Below, in pieces: positions 31,181 to 43,654 of a DNA stretch of 64,000 nt. The position numbers and the translations under genes are program-made. Position 1 is the first letter of the stretch, and the number at the start of each line of letters is the position of its first letter. Origin of the DNA: Zygnema circumcarinatum SAG 698-1b (lineage: Eukaryota > Plantae > Zygnematophyceae); NCBI GenBank assembly GCA_037447605.1, contig CM074808.1:434001-498000 (forward strand). Direction: 5' to 3'. A model generated the notes under the pieces. It saw only the letters and a list, made by a program, of their open reading frames with translations. It was not told the DNA's origin and did not search any database.

Positions 31181-31343
31181 CTTACGTGGCACTCGCTGAC
31201 CGTGCTTACATGGCGTCTATTTTTCCTACAGTACATGGCACCCGCTGACCTTGCTTACATGGCGTCCATGGAGCTTACCTACGTGGCAGCTATTGACCTT
31301 GCATACGTGGCCTCCTGTAACCTGCAGTGCAGAATGCCACGTA
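31181..31343. repeat. 24-bp-periodic array of TAC(G/A)TGGC motifs (ABRE/G-box-like)
   Basis: Motif starts at 31183, 31207, 31232, 31256, 31280 and 31304, plus an inverted copy at 31336-31343. Confidence 0.8.
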
Positions 31344-31403
31344 GACTGCGGAAAGTGCCACCTCGGCAGATACATTGAACGTGTATGACGAGGTTCATTG
31401 AAT

Positions 31404-31730
31404 GAGGGACAGGGAGGGGGGGAGAAAGTTCTGGGTTAACACTGTCAGCGGAGTATTGAAAAAGAGGGAGGGAGGGAGTGAGGGAGGGAGGTGAGGGACA
31501 GGGAGGGGGGGAGAGAGTTCTGGGTTCACACTGTCAGGGAGCATTGAAAAAGAAAAGGGAGGGAGGGAGGGAGGGAGGGAGAGAGGGAGAGAGGGAGGGA
31601 GGGAGGGAGGAAGGGAGGGAGAGAGGGAGGACGGGAGGGAGGAGGGGAGGGAGCGAGGGAGGGAGGTGAGGGACAGGGAGGGGGGGAGAAATTCTGGGTT
31701 AACACTGTCAGCGGAGTATTGAAGAAGAGA
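31404..31730. repeat. Three copies of a ~62-bp unit (GAGGGACAGGGAGG..TTCTGGGTTAACACTGTCAGCGGAGTATTGAA) separated by GGGA tracts
   Basis: Copies at ~31404, ~31493 and ~31669 seen directly. Confidence 0.85.
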
Positions 31731-31928
31731 AAGGGGAGGAGGGAGGGAGGGAGGGAGGGAGGGAGGGAGGGAGGGAAAGAGCGAGGAAGGGAGGNNNNNN
31801 NNNNTTTCCCCCAATCTTTCTCTCTTCCTCCGTTCATTCCCTCCTTCACCCTTCCCTTCTAACTCCCAATGAACCAACACCACTGTCGCCTGCTTCCTAA
31901 CCCTAATGCCGCATCCCCCCCCGTCCAG

Positions 31929-32199
31929 GTTGAACTCAAATTTCTGGCCAAGTTTTTCTTCTCCGCCGGCCCTCTCTACCGGCCTCCCGCCCTCCTTGTG
32001 GACACAACCCTAACCACCGAAGTTTCCACGGGCGAGTCGAGAAGCGGAAAGGGAGAGAGGATGGACTCAGAGGGGCGCTGTGTGCTGGTGGGGACCGCCC
32101 GCGTGCCGCCCATAAAGGACGCTTTTCTTGACAACTTTTTGATGCTACCAACGGATGTGCTCGCAGTGCTTCCCTCCCAGTTTCTGTTTACTCCGCCGT
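31929..32199 (+). CDS. Terminal exon of a conserved uncharacterised plant/cyanobacterial protein; upstream exons and stop are lost in gaps
   Basis: A branch-like CTAA motif and CAG acceptor precede VELKFLAKFFFSAGPLYRPPALLVDTTLTTEVSTGESRSGKGERMDSEGRCVLVGTARVPPIKDAFLDNFLMLPTDVLAVL. I recognise this from memory as the C-terminus of a family shared by plants and cyanobacteria; not verified by search. Confidence 0.7.
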
Positions 32200-32838
32200 N
32201 NNNNNNNNNNNNNNNNNNNNNNNNNNNNNNNNNNNNNNNNNNNNNNNNNNNNNNNNNNNNNNNNNNNNNNNNNNNNNNNNNNNNNNNNNNNNNNNNNNNT
32301 CGTTCTTGTTCCACCGCGATTAACGCCGTATCTTTCTGAGATACCGCGATATATCTCAGCCTTCCACACCGAGATATATCCTGACCCGTTCCAGAATCTC
32401 TTCCTCTATTTCTTGGACCGAATTTGCTGCAGACTCGTCTCTCCCTCCACAATGTCGCCTCCACCGCGCTAATCCTAGCTAAGCCCAAGTTGTGCAACAT
32501 GCTCTCATGACCTCACGAGCATCGCTGACTACCAACGAGAACAACATTGCAGACTTGACTGTTAAGGGGCAACCTCTTCCAATCCGCGGTCCGTCTACAC
32601 TCACCGTAATAAAAATGAACTGAACTCGGCCCTCTACCCTAAACCTCAACACTTTTCTCTCCTGTCTGCCCGTCATCTCAATAGACAATTGGACATCCTC
32701 ACAACCCTAAATGCTTTATCCACGACAGGAACATATAAGGCTTCTCTTATAGAATAGCGGCAGAGAGGGGCAGGGCAAAAACGAAAAAGATTTGAGGAGG
32801 GAGGAGAGGGGCATGCCCTCTTTTATCGACACCAATAA

Positions 32839-35800
32839 TCATTCCCCATCATCACCCCCCATCTGCGGGTCCTCATCATAGTCTCCATAGTTCATCTCCT
32901 CACCAAAATAGAGCTCGTCTCCCTCTCCCTCTCCCTCACCCTCTCCCTCTTCCTCCCCCATACCATCCACATCCATCCTCTCCCCATCCGCCATCTCAAG
33001 ACCTCCTGCGTTTGCCGCCTCCTCCGCAGCTTCCCGGAAACTTCTTTGCCGAGGGGCATTCCCAAGCTCCTCGTCCTCTCCCGCCCCCTCCTCTCCCTCT
33101 TTTGCTCTCTCCTCCTCCTCCTGCTCCGTCATCTTCCGAAACTCTGCGAGCCTCTCCTCCTTAAACAATTTGACCCACTGCGCCTTCGGCGGCACCTGTA
33201 CCAACCCTCCCATAAACCATGAAAAATGTGCCAAAAGAATGAATGCCAAAAGAATGTGCCAAATCCTCACCTGCATCTTTAAGTAACCCCATTTATAGCT
33301 TTGTAATATTAAACTAGTGGAGTCCAAGGAAAACCTAAGGACCCTAAACAGACTCATGCCTTGACTTGTGTCTCTTAGTGTTCTTTTCAAACCTTACGAG
33401 CTTCATGACATTTATGCATTTGCGGACCTTTTAAACGACCGATGTGATTAGGGTTTGATCTTACCTTGAGATATCGCTTTGTTCTGCGAGCATGCCGGAC
33501 GAGATTCCTCCAATGCTTGTCCTGAATTAAGGCCAAGGAGTTGCCCACCACCTGCAGAACTCCTCCCGACACATGCTCTCCGTTACACCCACCGTTAGAC
33601 GGACCCCCAAAGCCCTAAAAACAGAGAACCTGAAAGCCTGACAAACCGACAAACCGATGATCCAGTAAAGCAAAAAACTGAAAACCGAAAACCCTAACAG
33701 TGGAAAAGCCCCAAAAGCTTCAAGTTTGAAAGGTAGGCCGAGAGGGAGGGAGGGAGGGAGGGAGGGNNNNNNNNNNGAGGGAGGGAGGGAGGGAGGGAGG
33801 GCCCCCCACCAGCATAGACGCCCTCGCCCGCGTGAGGCCCACATTCATTCTGCGATAGTCCGAAACGAAGCCGATTCCTTTTTCCTTGTTCGCACGTACG
33901 CACGAAAATATGGCGACGTCTTTTTCTCTTCCCTGTCGCCGCAACAGCCAGTCATAAGGCGCCACGTGGCATGCAGGGTCTGGGAAGTTTGATTAGAAAA
34001 AAAAAAGGGGGAGGGGGAGGGAGGGAGGGAAGCTCAAAAAGCTGAAACTATGAACCCTAAACATTCTGAGAAAAAGGAACAAAATGAGGAATCTAAATTG
34101 CAAGGAGACCTGAAATCCTAGAAAAGACTCTCTCTATTCCTTAATCTGAAAAAAACAGTATTTTGGAATGACGTGTCACGAATAGAACTAGATTTAAACA
34201 TGTAATGAAAAGACGTCCCAATGTAAAGCAACTTCAAAAGATTATCGTTTCGAGAAAGAGATCACTTATCAATCACTTAGAAAAATCACAACAAAAAAAA
34301 ATGATTTTTTTGTGAAAAATCACAATTTTACCTGAAACCCATCGATTGTATTTATATCGACTCTGTCGGTAATATCTTGACCTTCAAGTTCCCTCAACTG
34401 CTGCTTCAGCAGCTTCACCTGCATCGCCCCATATCCTCATCTTAAAGATTTTAGGATTGAAACAATTTTAGGGTTGAAATTTTCGTTAGGGTTAAAAGAC
34501 CTTCAAGGTTAAACGACTTTGGGTTGATTGAAGAGTTGCAAAGCTGCAAGTCATTTTTTAGGGTCTCAGCGTATTACAGTTTTTGAAATTTAGGGAAATT
34601 AGGGTTGGGAGCCCTCTGACTATTTCTACTCGTAGCAACAAGAGCTGTTTTGAACGAAGCAGAACGGAATGGGAAATTAGGGACATGTGAACCTGAAGTT
34701 TATAGGGTGAGATAATTCCGATTTTGTTGCTCCGTTTCAATTCCGGATACAAAGTAACAAGTTGCCGGTAAAGCTGAACCACAAAATCGACTTCAAGCCG
34801 GTTCACATAGGACCCGGATCCCCCTGAATTGCCACAGCGAGGGAGAGAGAGAAGGGGGGGAGAGCGGGAGGACGAGAGAGAGTGAGAGAGAGAGAGGGAG
34901 GGAGGAAGAGGGAGGGAGGGAGGGTGGAGATGCGTATTTAGCTACTATCGAACTCTGTCGACTGAACGAGTTATAGTCAGCAAAACAGAGACCAACACCT
35001 TCCTCTTTAAGTTGCATGAACTTTGAAATATTTACAGAGGCAGGTGTATCTTTAAAAAACGAAAAGAGAAAGGCGGGGCAAAAAAGAGGGAGGGGGGTTG
35101 GTGGGAGGGATGACGGATGTTTGAAGCACTTCCGAAATATTTTAGAAAAAAAAAAAAAAAAAAGAATCTCTTCTCATTGCAGGGGCTTTTTCTCTTACCT
35201 GGCTGCTCCTCCTTCCCACTGAGAATGTCGAAAAAAAAAAATGGCCCAAAAATCCGTTCCATGTGCCACGGCCTCTTTGTGAGAGCGTCCACTCCCGGTG
35301 CGTCTTTCAATGCATTTTTGTAAAATTCGCGAGAGGGAAACTCCCTTATCTGCATTTTCGATAGCCATTATTGCAAGTACACATTATTCATCACAAAGTG
35401 AACATGTACACACTCGTCGTTTCAAACACGTTTAAAAAAAAAGGAAGAGGTTGAGAAAAAAGGCTCGCAGAAGACCTAGAATTACAAAAGTCCATTTTTG
35501 GGGTTTCCAGGATTTGGAGTTTTAGGGTTTTAGGGTTTGGAGTTTTAGGGATTAAGGGTTTCTAGGGTTTGGACTTTTAGGGTTTTAGGGTTTGGAGTTT
35601 TAGGGATTAAGGGTTTCTAGGGTTTGGAGTTTTAGGGTTTTAGAGTTTTAGGGTTTGGAGTTTTAGGTATTAAGGGTTTCTAGGGTTTGGAGCTTTAGGA
35701 TTTTAGAGTTTTAGAGTTTGAAGTTTTAGGGTTTGGAGTTTTAGGGATTAAGGGTTTCTAGGGTTTGGAGTTTCAGGGTTTTAGAGTTTTAGGGTTTAAA

Positions 35801-37137
35801 GTTTTAGGGTTTCTAGGGTTTAGATTTTTAGGGTTTTAGGGTAGAGGGCAGGCAGGTGCGTGCCTGGGAGTGCATGCGGTACTGCGTGGTGAGCACGTGC
35901 ACGGGATGGCCCGCCTCCTGCAGCCGCTTGAAGAGACTCTCGCTGTACCTGCAGGCCCCCGCACGTGCTGGCTGGGGCGTTAAACCCTAAACCCTGACCT
36001 CGGGTCCCTAAGCCATGCAAGTTCATCATAGCCGGGGGATGGAAATTTCCTCTGCTTATCTCCTCAGGATTCTGTAGTTTACAGCATAAGAGCTTCGTAA
36101 ATTTTAGGGTTTTGAAAGGTTTGAATGCTTCTAGGGTATGAGAGATCTTAGGGGTTTTTCTATTTTGGTTCACATTCATTTTTTCGTACCCGTAGTTCAC
36201 TGCCTTCGTGGAAAGGACTGTTGCCGGCAACTGCAGAGGATCTCCCACCTGCTCTCTCCCACCCATCAAAAATCCCAAAAAATTGAGCCCTAACCTAATC
36301 CTGACCCTAAAGTCTGAACCCTAACCCTAATCCTCACCCTAAACTCTGAACCCTAACCCTAATCCTAACCCTAAACTCTGAACCCTCACCCTAATCCTAA
36401 CCCTAAACTCTGAACCCTTACCCCAATCCAATCCCCTACTCTGAACCCTAACCCTAATCCTGCCCCTAAACTCTAAGCCGCCACATGTTTTCCTCCCTGT
36501 CTTCAACTGAGATTCTTCAACGACACAGGAATTCCAATCATTCTGCGTTCATCAGGATATTTAGGGTTTGTGTTGTTTTAGGATTTATAAGAAAAAATCG
36601 AGTTTTCCAGAAGCTTACCAGAAACGCCTGTCGAGCCCCATGGCAGAGAGGCACAAGAGTGGAAGGCTCTACCTGCACTCCCCAGGCAATCATCATTACT
36701 GTTTGACTTCGTAAAAAGTCAACCCCATCCAAGTCAACTCCTCTCATTTCATTTTACAATTACAACATTTTCCCACGTTGAAGGTCTACGGTTTGAGGGA
36801 TACTGTTTCCAAGTTTGACAGTTTTAGGGTTTCCAAGGGCACTGACTGCCTGCGCCGCCTCGTCGATGATGACAATGTCGAAGCCGCGGTTCATTCGCGA
36901 GAACACTCCGGAGCCGCTGAATGCCAGCGTGGAGCACACCTGGCGCACCCTCATTGGTCCACGTGGCATGTCAGCCAACGGCATCGCGACACCTGGCATG
37001 GCACACGCTGTTCGGACTTGGACATTTTTGCAGAAGAGGAGATGGGCGGAAAGCGGAGGATGTGGGAGGTGAGAGATGGAACGAGAGAGAGAGAGAGGGG
37101 AAGGAGAGAGAGGAAGTGCGAGTTAGAAGTGGAGATG

Positions 37138-37209
<72 letters not shown>

Positions 37210-38122
37210 TTGACAGAGGAGACAAGGAAGATGAAGAACGAAAGGAAGGGGGAGGCAAGGTGCGGGAGAGGGAGAGGAGGGAGAGGAGGAGAGGGAGGGC
37301 GAGCTGACAATGGATGCTTCCTCGAGAATGGCGAGTCGGATCCGATCCCGTTCCATGCCCGCACTCGTTGACCGAGCAGCCCCTCCCACGGTGCCGCGTT
37401 CCATGCTGTTCAACCGTTGTGCCACCTGTTCAACGGATTCCACCACTTCGTGTGATAAATCAGCCTCACTACATGCAACACCAGTTCAGTTAAACAGCCA
37501 CAAGTAAACAGCCCCCTCTGTAGTGCAAGTTTTTCCAGTTTTCTTACTCTTGCTAATACATAGCCCGTCCCTAGAAAGCGGTTTAAGAGGGTCCAAGGAG
37601 GTGGGTTTGCTGTTCAGGATTTAGGGTTAGGACTTAGGGTTCAGGATTTAGGGTTAGGGCTTAGGGTTCAGGATTTAGGGTTAGGGCTTAGGGTTCAGGA
37701 TTTAGGGTTAGGGCTTAGGGTTCAGGATTTAGGGTTAGGGCTTAGGGTTCAGGATTTAGGGTTAGGGCTTAGGGTTCAGGATTTAGGGTTAGGGCTTAGG
37801 GTTCAGGATTTAGGGTTAAGGCTTAGGGTTCAGGATTTAGGGTTAGGTCTTAGAGAGGTCACCAGCGTGTCCATGCTGACAGAGGCCACGGAGTGGTGTG
37901 CGCTCAGCCCTACTCGCACAACAGAGGGAGCGTACATTCCTCCCCGCGCATCCCGCAGACCTGAATGAACCCTCTCCCCCTCCCTTACACAAAAACCTTA
38001 CAAACTAATCGAAAGCTGAAAGCCCTGAGCCGCCCTAGAAAAAAATCAAGGAGCCTATTGACGTCTCGACCTCTCTCCCTCCCCGTCTCACTCGCTCTCT
38101 CTCTCTCTCTCTCCCTTTCTCC

Positions 38123-38153
<31 letters not shown>

Positions 38154-40398
38154 CTGTGTGAATGAGGCGGAGGACTATCTCATCCAATGCAGCATTAGAG
38201 GGGGCGCAGATGAGAACATGAACATGCTGCTTCTGCCTCCCTCCCAAGGTCTCCACCTGCCACGTGGCACACACCGCCTCCATCCACCGTCAACCCTAGA
38301 AACCCTAAAAGCACTTTGAAGCCACCCCAAGAGTTCAAACCCTAAATTCTCCAATCGAAGCAGTGCCCTGCAAGTCCATCCCTTTATCGCAAGTTTGTCG
38401 TGGCTTAGGACTCCAAATGAATTCTCTTGAATTCACTTCATTTTACAATAGCATGGAAAGAAACAGAATCAAACAGAATGGAACAGAACGGAACGGGACG
38501 GAACGGCAGCATGTAACTACGCACAAAGGGAGTTCTACGGTACAAATCGTCGATATCTCCGTCAGTGGGTTCCATGAGGTCCCGCGGATTTCCCACAGTT
38601 CCGAGCCACGGAGCAGCTTTTTGCCAGTTTTCAAGCCTGTACACATGGAAACAGGGGACATATGTCACGCATATTACAGTCATATCAGAGCAGTATTTGG
38701 GTTTTTTTAGGGTTATAGGCTTACTTAATGTTTGCAGTACAAACAGTACCCTGTTACCCTGTTTGTAAGGGTTAAGGGTTTTCAAAGGATCCTTAGGGTT
38801 ATTTTAGGCTACTTGAAACTTCATTAGGATATATTGTATTCATATTTAGAGCGAGAAATTTAAGGGTGTCTTCAATTTTATCAGAGTCCTTTTAGGATAT
38901 TTAAAGCTATTTAAGGTTCTTTTATGGTTTCCTCTCAAGCTTACACCAGCAAAACAACGTTTTCTGTTTTAAGTTACCAGAAGAGCTTCTCCGATATTTT
39001 ATAAATGCAGCAATGTTCTGTCTAGTCAACTGCATTCGAGAACATGAACATTATCATTCCCAAACTTCACTTTCAACAACCTACAAGTGAAGTCTCTTTA
39101 TCTTTATTTTGAGCGAATTGGCTGCTCACCTTGATGCATTGTCCATTTCCGACTTCTGATTGGCCAACAGAGCCCCTCCGCTGCTCCCCATATACCCCAA
39201 ACAAACAAAGTTAGTTTTAAAACTTTTTCAAAATCGCTCACATTCTAATCAACATTCTCGGCTTACTTTCTCAACATGATAATGTGGCGCTCTATGCGAG
39301 CAAAGTTTGAAATTTCACCTGACTTCAGTTCTTTGCGACTGTTGCGCATGAAGAACTGCAGTGAGGAGGCCCAAAATTGTTTGAGTTTTTCCTGTACCTG
39401 GCGGACCCTGAACCCCATTTTAAAATTTAGCTAGGGGAACCCCATTTAGGTGAATCCCATTTTCACAATTCTACAGTTCAAGAGAGAAAGAGAGGTGAAG
39501 GTTTGAAGCATTGAAAGATATTGGTGTAGAACGAGCACCTGAATAAGGACGAGAGGTTTTTTGGATAAGCCTGCCTGCCCCCCTCCCTCCCCACCCTCTC
39601 AATATGTTTCCCCTTCATTTAAAACATTACAAAGTTATTAAACCTTCGAAGTTTTCCATTCTCTGAAAGGCTACTCTCTAAGGCATTCTTATTTTAAAAA
39701 GATCTAAGAGCTAATTTCTTCCCAGAGTTCTCACCTGAATTGCCTGCATTTGCCCCTCATTGTGACTACTTATTAAGCTGGCCATGAGACCCTCCGAAAT
39801 TGTCCGACTCCCTCCCCTTCCCCCTCCTCCCCCTCCTCTCTCTCTCTCCTCCAGGGGCTCTGCCGCCCTCAAAATTGTTTCTGCAAAGGGAAGAAATGGG
39901 GCACTCCGAAGGGCGGCATATTCGCGAGTGATAGTGGAGAGGTTGCAGAGCTGAGACAGTCATAAAAACATACACATAGCATTCAGAATTCACATTTTCT
40001 TGCTTAAAGTTTTTACTTTAAAAAATAAAGAAAAGAGGGGGCCCGCTTCCTGCCCTTCCTACATTGAATTTAGACAAGTGCATAGTCCTCAAAAAATTCG
40101 AATTTTCCTCATTTTGAAGCCTACAAAGTGGGTAGAGTAGAGCTTATGTAAAGGGAGAAAGCAAGCACAAATGTACTGACATTCAAGAGCCAACAGGGAG
40201 AGCCGGAAACGCCAAGAAGCCACGTCCGCATGCGGGTTCTTCGAATCTGGTCAGCTGCTGTCCACGTGGCAAGCTCTGAGAGGTCCTCTCCCCCCAGAGA
40301 GAGACGGAGTCGAAGAGAGGTTTTCGAGGAACGCGCTTCGACCAAAGCCATAGCGTAGGTAGAGGGGAGGTCAGAATCACCGCCAATCTGAAGAAGCC

Positions 40399-40430
<32 letters not shown>

Positions 40431-42036
40431 TTTGAAGCTATGTTTTGTTGCTTGCATGGGCACAGGGAGAAGGGAAGAGAGGCAAGGGGGAAAGTGGGAG
40501 AGAGGGAGAGCGGGAGAGAGGAGAGGGATACGTGGGAAAGAAAAGTGATGGGTTATAGGTATACTTTAGCTGTTTAAGCTTTATGAGGTAGGTTACTTGC
40601 CTTCTCTTTGCTTAGTAACAAGAGGTCATTTTCATTAAAAGTGGCAACAACCTCCGGCTGAGCCAACACAACAGCAAAGTAAAACTCGTTTGCGCGTTCA
40701 CACTTGGAAGCCGCCGCGAGATGAGGGCCGCTGCTCGCCGCTGGAAATCAAAATGTTTGAACAAACACCATCACCCATTGCAGCAGCAACAGCACGAAAT
40801 TGACAAGACGGAGAAGAAGAAGACGACGAAGAAGAAGAATAACAGCAAGACGGAAGACAAAACAAGAAAAGCAGTGACAGGACAAAGATCAAGAAGAAGA
40901 ACGTCGAAAGCAACGAAAATAATAACAGGAACACACAGCTGATGCGCTCCTAATCATGAAATGAGGGAATGTGATGGGAGTCAACAACAGAATCGTTGCC
41001 CTTCATTAAAGAAAAGAACGGATGCCACAGCGAGCAAGCTACGCTGCTCTATCTTTACAAAGCTTTCAAGAACGTTCTATCGCACCTGAATCTTCTCTCC
41101 CCCTCAATATCTGGGCCTGACATTCTTCAAAGAGTAAGGGCTCGAACACTGCCAGATATTCGTCCATACTCTCGAAAGTGAGAGGCACTTCCCGCAACCC
41201 ATCATCTTGCTCATCAAAACCTTCACGGCCGCGTTTTCGCTTTTTATCCGCGAAGACCTTCTCCTGCATTTTTACTTCCACGTTCTCTTAATTTTCATAC
41301 CTTAACGTCTCAATTAAGGTCCATTAAAGTGAGAGGTCTTTGAGTTTCCGGGTTAACAAATAAATAGATTAGTCTAATGCACAACGAAAGCCCGCATCAA
41401 AACTTTCCAGTTGTGAAGTATATCAAGCCCCAATGCTCTTGTCAGTGAAAATCTTAACCCTAAGAACTTTAAAGACCTGCAAAATGATCTTGATGGTGTC
41501 GAAGGTGACACATTGAACAAGTTGTCGGCAGTTTAATTACAAAACAACCATTTAAATTCTCTACAAAAAAGAGACCTCTCTCTCTCATTCCCTCTCTCCC
41601 ACCCCTTCCCCCCCTCCCTCCCTCCCTCTCCCGTCTCCCTCTCCCTTCCCTCTCCCGCTCCCTCTTCCTCTCCCTCTCCTTCTCCCTCTCCCTCTCCCTC
41701 TCCCTCTCCCTCTCCCTCTCCTCTCCTCTCCCTCTCCTCTCCCTCTCCCTCTCCCTCTCCCTCTCCCTCTCCCTCTCCCTCTCCTCTCCTCTCCCTCTCC
41801 CTCTCCCTCTCCCTCTCCCTCTCCTCTCCCTCTCCCTCTCCCTCTCCCTCTCCCGTCTCCCTCTCCCTCTCCCGTCTCCCTCTCCCTCACCCTCTCTCTC
41901 CCTCTCCCTCTTTCTATCTTGTATGTACCTCGCTCTTCGCCGCAGCATACATGCGAAAGTAATCCCACGACAATATAGTGCGCTGCAGTTGCATTTGGTG
42001 CGAGGCCGCCGCCTCCGGACTCAGAATGCCCACCAT
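32839..42036 (-). CDS. MAA3: SEN1/senataxin-family SF1B RNA/DNA helicase (MAGATAMA3-like), ~21 exons
   Basis: N-terminal [25 protein letters not shown]; NLSTITREY; [11 protein letters not shown]; [14 protein letters not shown]; [17 protein letters not shown]; [12 protein letters not shown]; QYRMHSQIREFPS; NTIDGFQGREKD; [18 protein letters not shown]; acidic tail. Confidence 0.92.
35513..35841 (+). repeat. Degenerate telomere-derived intronic satellite (TTTAGGG variants in a higher-order unit)
   Basis: Recurrent ttttagggtttggagttttagggattaagggtttctagggt seen directly. Confidence 0.85.
36288..36475 (-). repeat. 32-bp telomere-derived minisatellite (CCCTAAACTCTGAACCCTAACCCTAATCCTAA) x~6
   Basis: Units start at 36305, 36337, 36369 and 36401. 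Confidence 0.85.
37143..37205. repeat. (GA)n microsatellite, intronic
   Basis: Read directly. Confidence 0.95.
37612..37846 (+). repeat. 27-bp telomere-derived minisatellite (GTTCAGGATTTAGGGTTAGGGCTTAGG) x~8.7
   Basis: Near-perfect tandem units seen directly. Confidence 0.92.
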
Positions 42037-42823
42037 GGCGCCGGCCGCTTGCCGCCAACCCAAAGGGACCCTTCAGCAAGTACCGCTCGCCTGCATGGCG
42101 GCTAAGGCCCTGCTGCGCCTGCTGCATGCAGGCAGGCCCGCAACCCTAAATTTCTGATATATGCTGCAGGTGAAGGTTTGAAGGAGCCTGCTCTGCAACT
42201 CTGGCAGTGCGGCCCATCGACATGCAAATGGCGAGCGGAAGGACAACAAGTATTGGAATTTCGAAGAGGTTGAGGAAAAAAGAAGTTATTCAAGAGCAAT
42301 TCTCAGAGAAAAACAATTCATTTTGAGAAATGAGAAATGAATTCCTAAACTTTTTTTCCAGTACAATTTTTATGGGGAACCAATTGAACATTGAACAGTT
42401 AATTATTGTTCGTGTTCAATTTGACGTTTCCTTGGGTCCACCAATCAACAATGAGATTTTGGCTGATCGACAAGCGGGTGGACCCGGATATTCATACAGA
42501 AATGGTTGATCTGCTCGCCTGAACTGTCGTAAGGAAAAAATGGGGCCCGGGTTAACAGGATTCCTCGAATCGCACGCGTGGCAAAAAGTGGAATTCACAA
42601 GAGCGACTGAACACGTTGAGTCTTTGACCATTTTTCTTAAAACTTTTCGCTTTCTTAAATCGAAAAAGTTCCGACCTCGAGTGTTCAAAGTTCAACCCTA
42701 TTCAACCCAATAAGATTGAGAATTGAGAAATGAAGCAAACTTGTTTCTCAATTTCTCAACCTGTTCGGTGTAAGGGTAGTGTGGATCACCGGCGTGTGAG
42801 ATTGAAGAATGTGAAGTCTGAAG

Positions 42824-43090
42824 TTTTGCTTTTGTTCGTAGGTCCTTTGCGACCAGTCCCTCGTGGTTCCCCATGCTGCTTTTGTCCATGTACATCTGAT
42901 GGCATCATCGCCATCGTGAGATCAATGCCACTTCCCTTTCTTCGCAAACCAGTGATCACATGTGCACTTTCACTCTCTCATCATCATCGGTTCCACTTCA
43001 CACGAAGGAAAAAGGCATTGATCTCACGGTGGCGATGATGCCATCAAATGTACATGCAAAGTCAATGCACATGGTTGCAAGGACAGCAGA
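42824..43090. repeat. Foldback 1: inverted pair of a dispersed ~100-bp repeat (43-bp core arms 42887-42929 and 43014-43056)
   Basis: CATGTACATCTGATGGCATCATCGCCATCGTGAGATCAATGCC and its reverse complement with 2 differences; 84-nt loop. Confidence 0.9.
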
Positions 43091-43190
43091 GAATGCATCA
43101 TCAGCATCATCATCATCGGATGCCCTCCGGTGGGTCGGCAAGAGATGATGCACTACAGCTGGCCGATGTACAAAACGGCAAAACAGGAAG

Positions 43191-43273
43191 AGGACCGTTC
43201 CGGGTTCGAACCGGAGACCTATCGATAGCATGCGTGCCTGCAGTCGATTGCTCTACCACTGAGCTAACGATCC
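43191..43273 (-). tRNA. tRNA-Cys(GCA) with 11-nt intron (43227-43237)
   Basis: GGATCGT-TA-GCTC AGTGGTA GAGC-A-ATCGA CT GCA G[gcacgcatgct]A TCGAT-AGGTC-TCCGG TTCGAAC CCGGA-ACGGTCC-T. Full cloverleaf, A and B boxes, T4 runs just downstream. Confidence 0.95.
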
Positions 43274-43654
43274 AGATGTCATAATCTTTTGCATGTTATT
43301 ATATATTACTTTTTTTGCAATTTTTTTTTTATAATTAAACTAAACTGCCTGTCGGCCAATCAGATCGAGGTACCGTAAGGTCGCCAACGGTTGGCAATGG
43401 GCAGCCAGCCATTGGCACGCACATGCATTGCCATTGGTCCCTCTACATCGGACCACGCATCGATCGACAACGCATTTCTATCGCCTTGCAACGTTGCCTT
43501 GCTTCCACTATCCTCCGGCGTGCGGCGGTCGTTGGTGCTCGTCCCGGTGGATCTCCCACCCCTTCCTTCGCGTGCCGCGCCACATATTGGCGACCTTCGC
43601 GGCTGCTTCTAGTGCCGTGTTGTTGAGCCTAGGAGTAGACATCCGTTTTGAAGC

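Noticed and set aside
41585-42127. ORF-track start of the helicase (MQQAQQ...)
   Set aside because: Wrong frame; the conserved ILSWDY motif is in the frame starting at ATG 42036.
43095-43120. C/D snoRNA in a tRNA-snoRNA dicistron (TGATGA on the minus strand)
   Set aside because: TGATGA is part of a (GAT)n microsatellite, with no suitably spaced D box or terminal stem.
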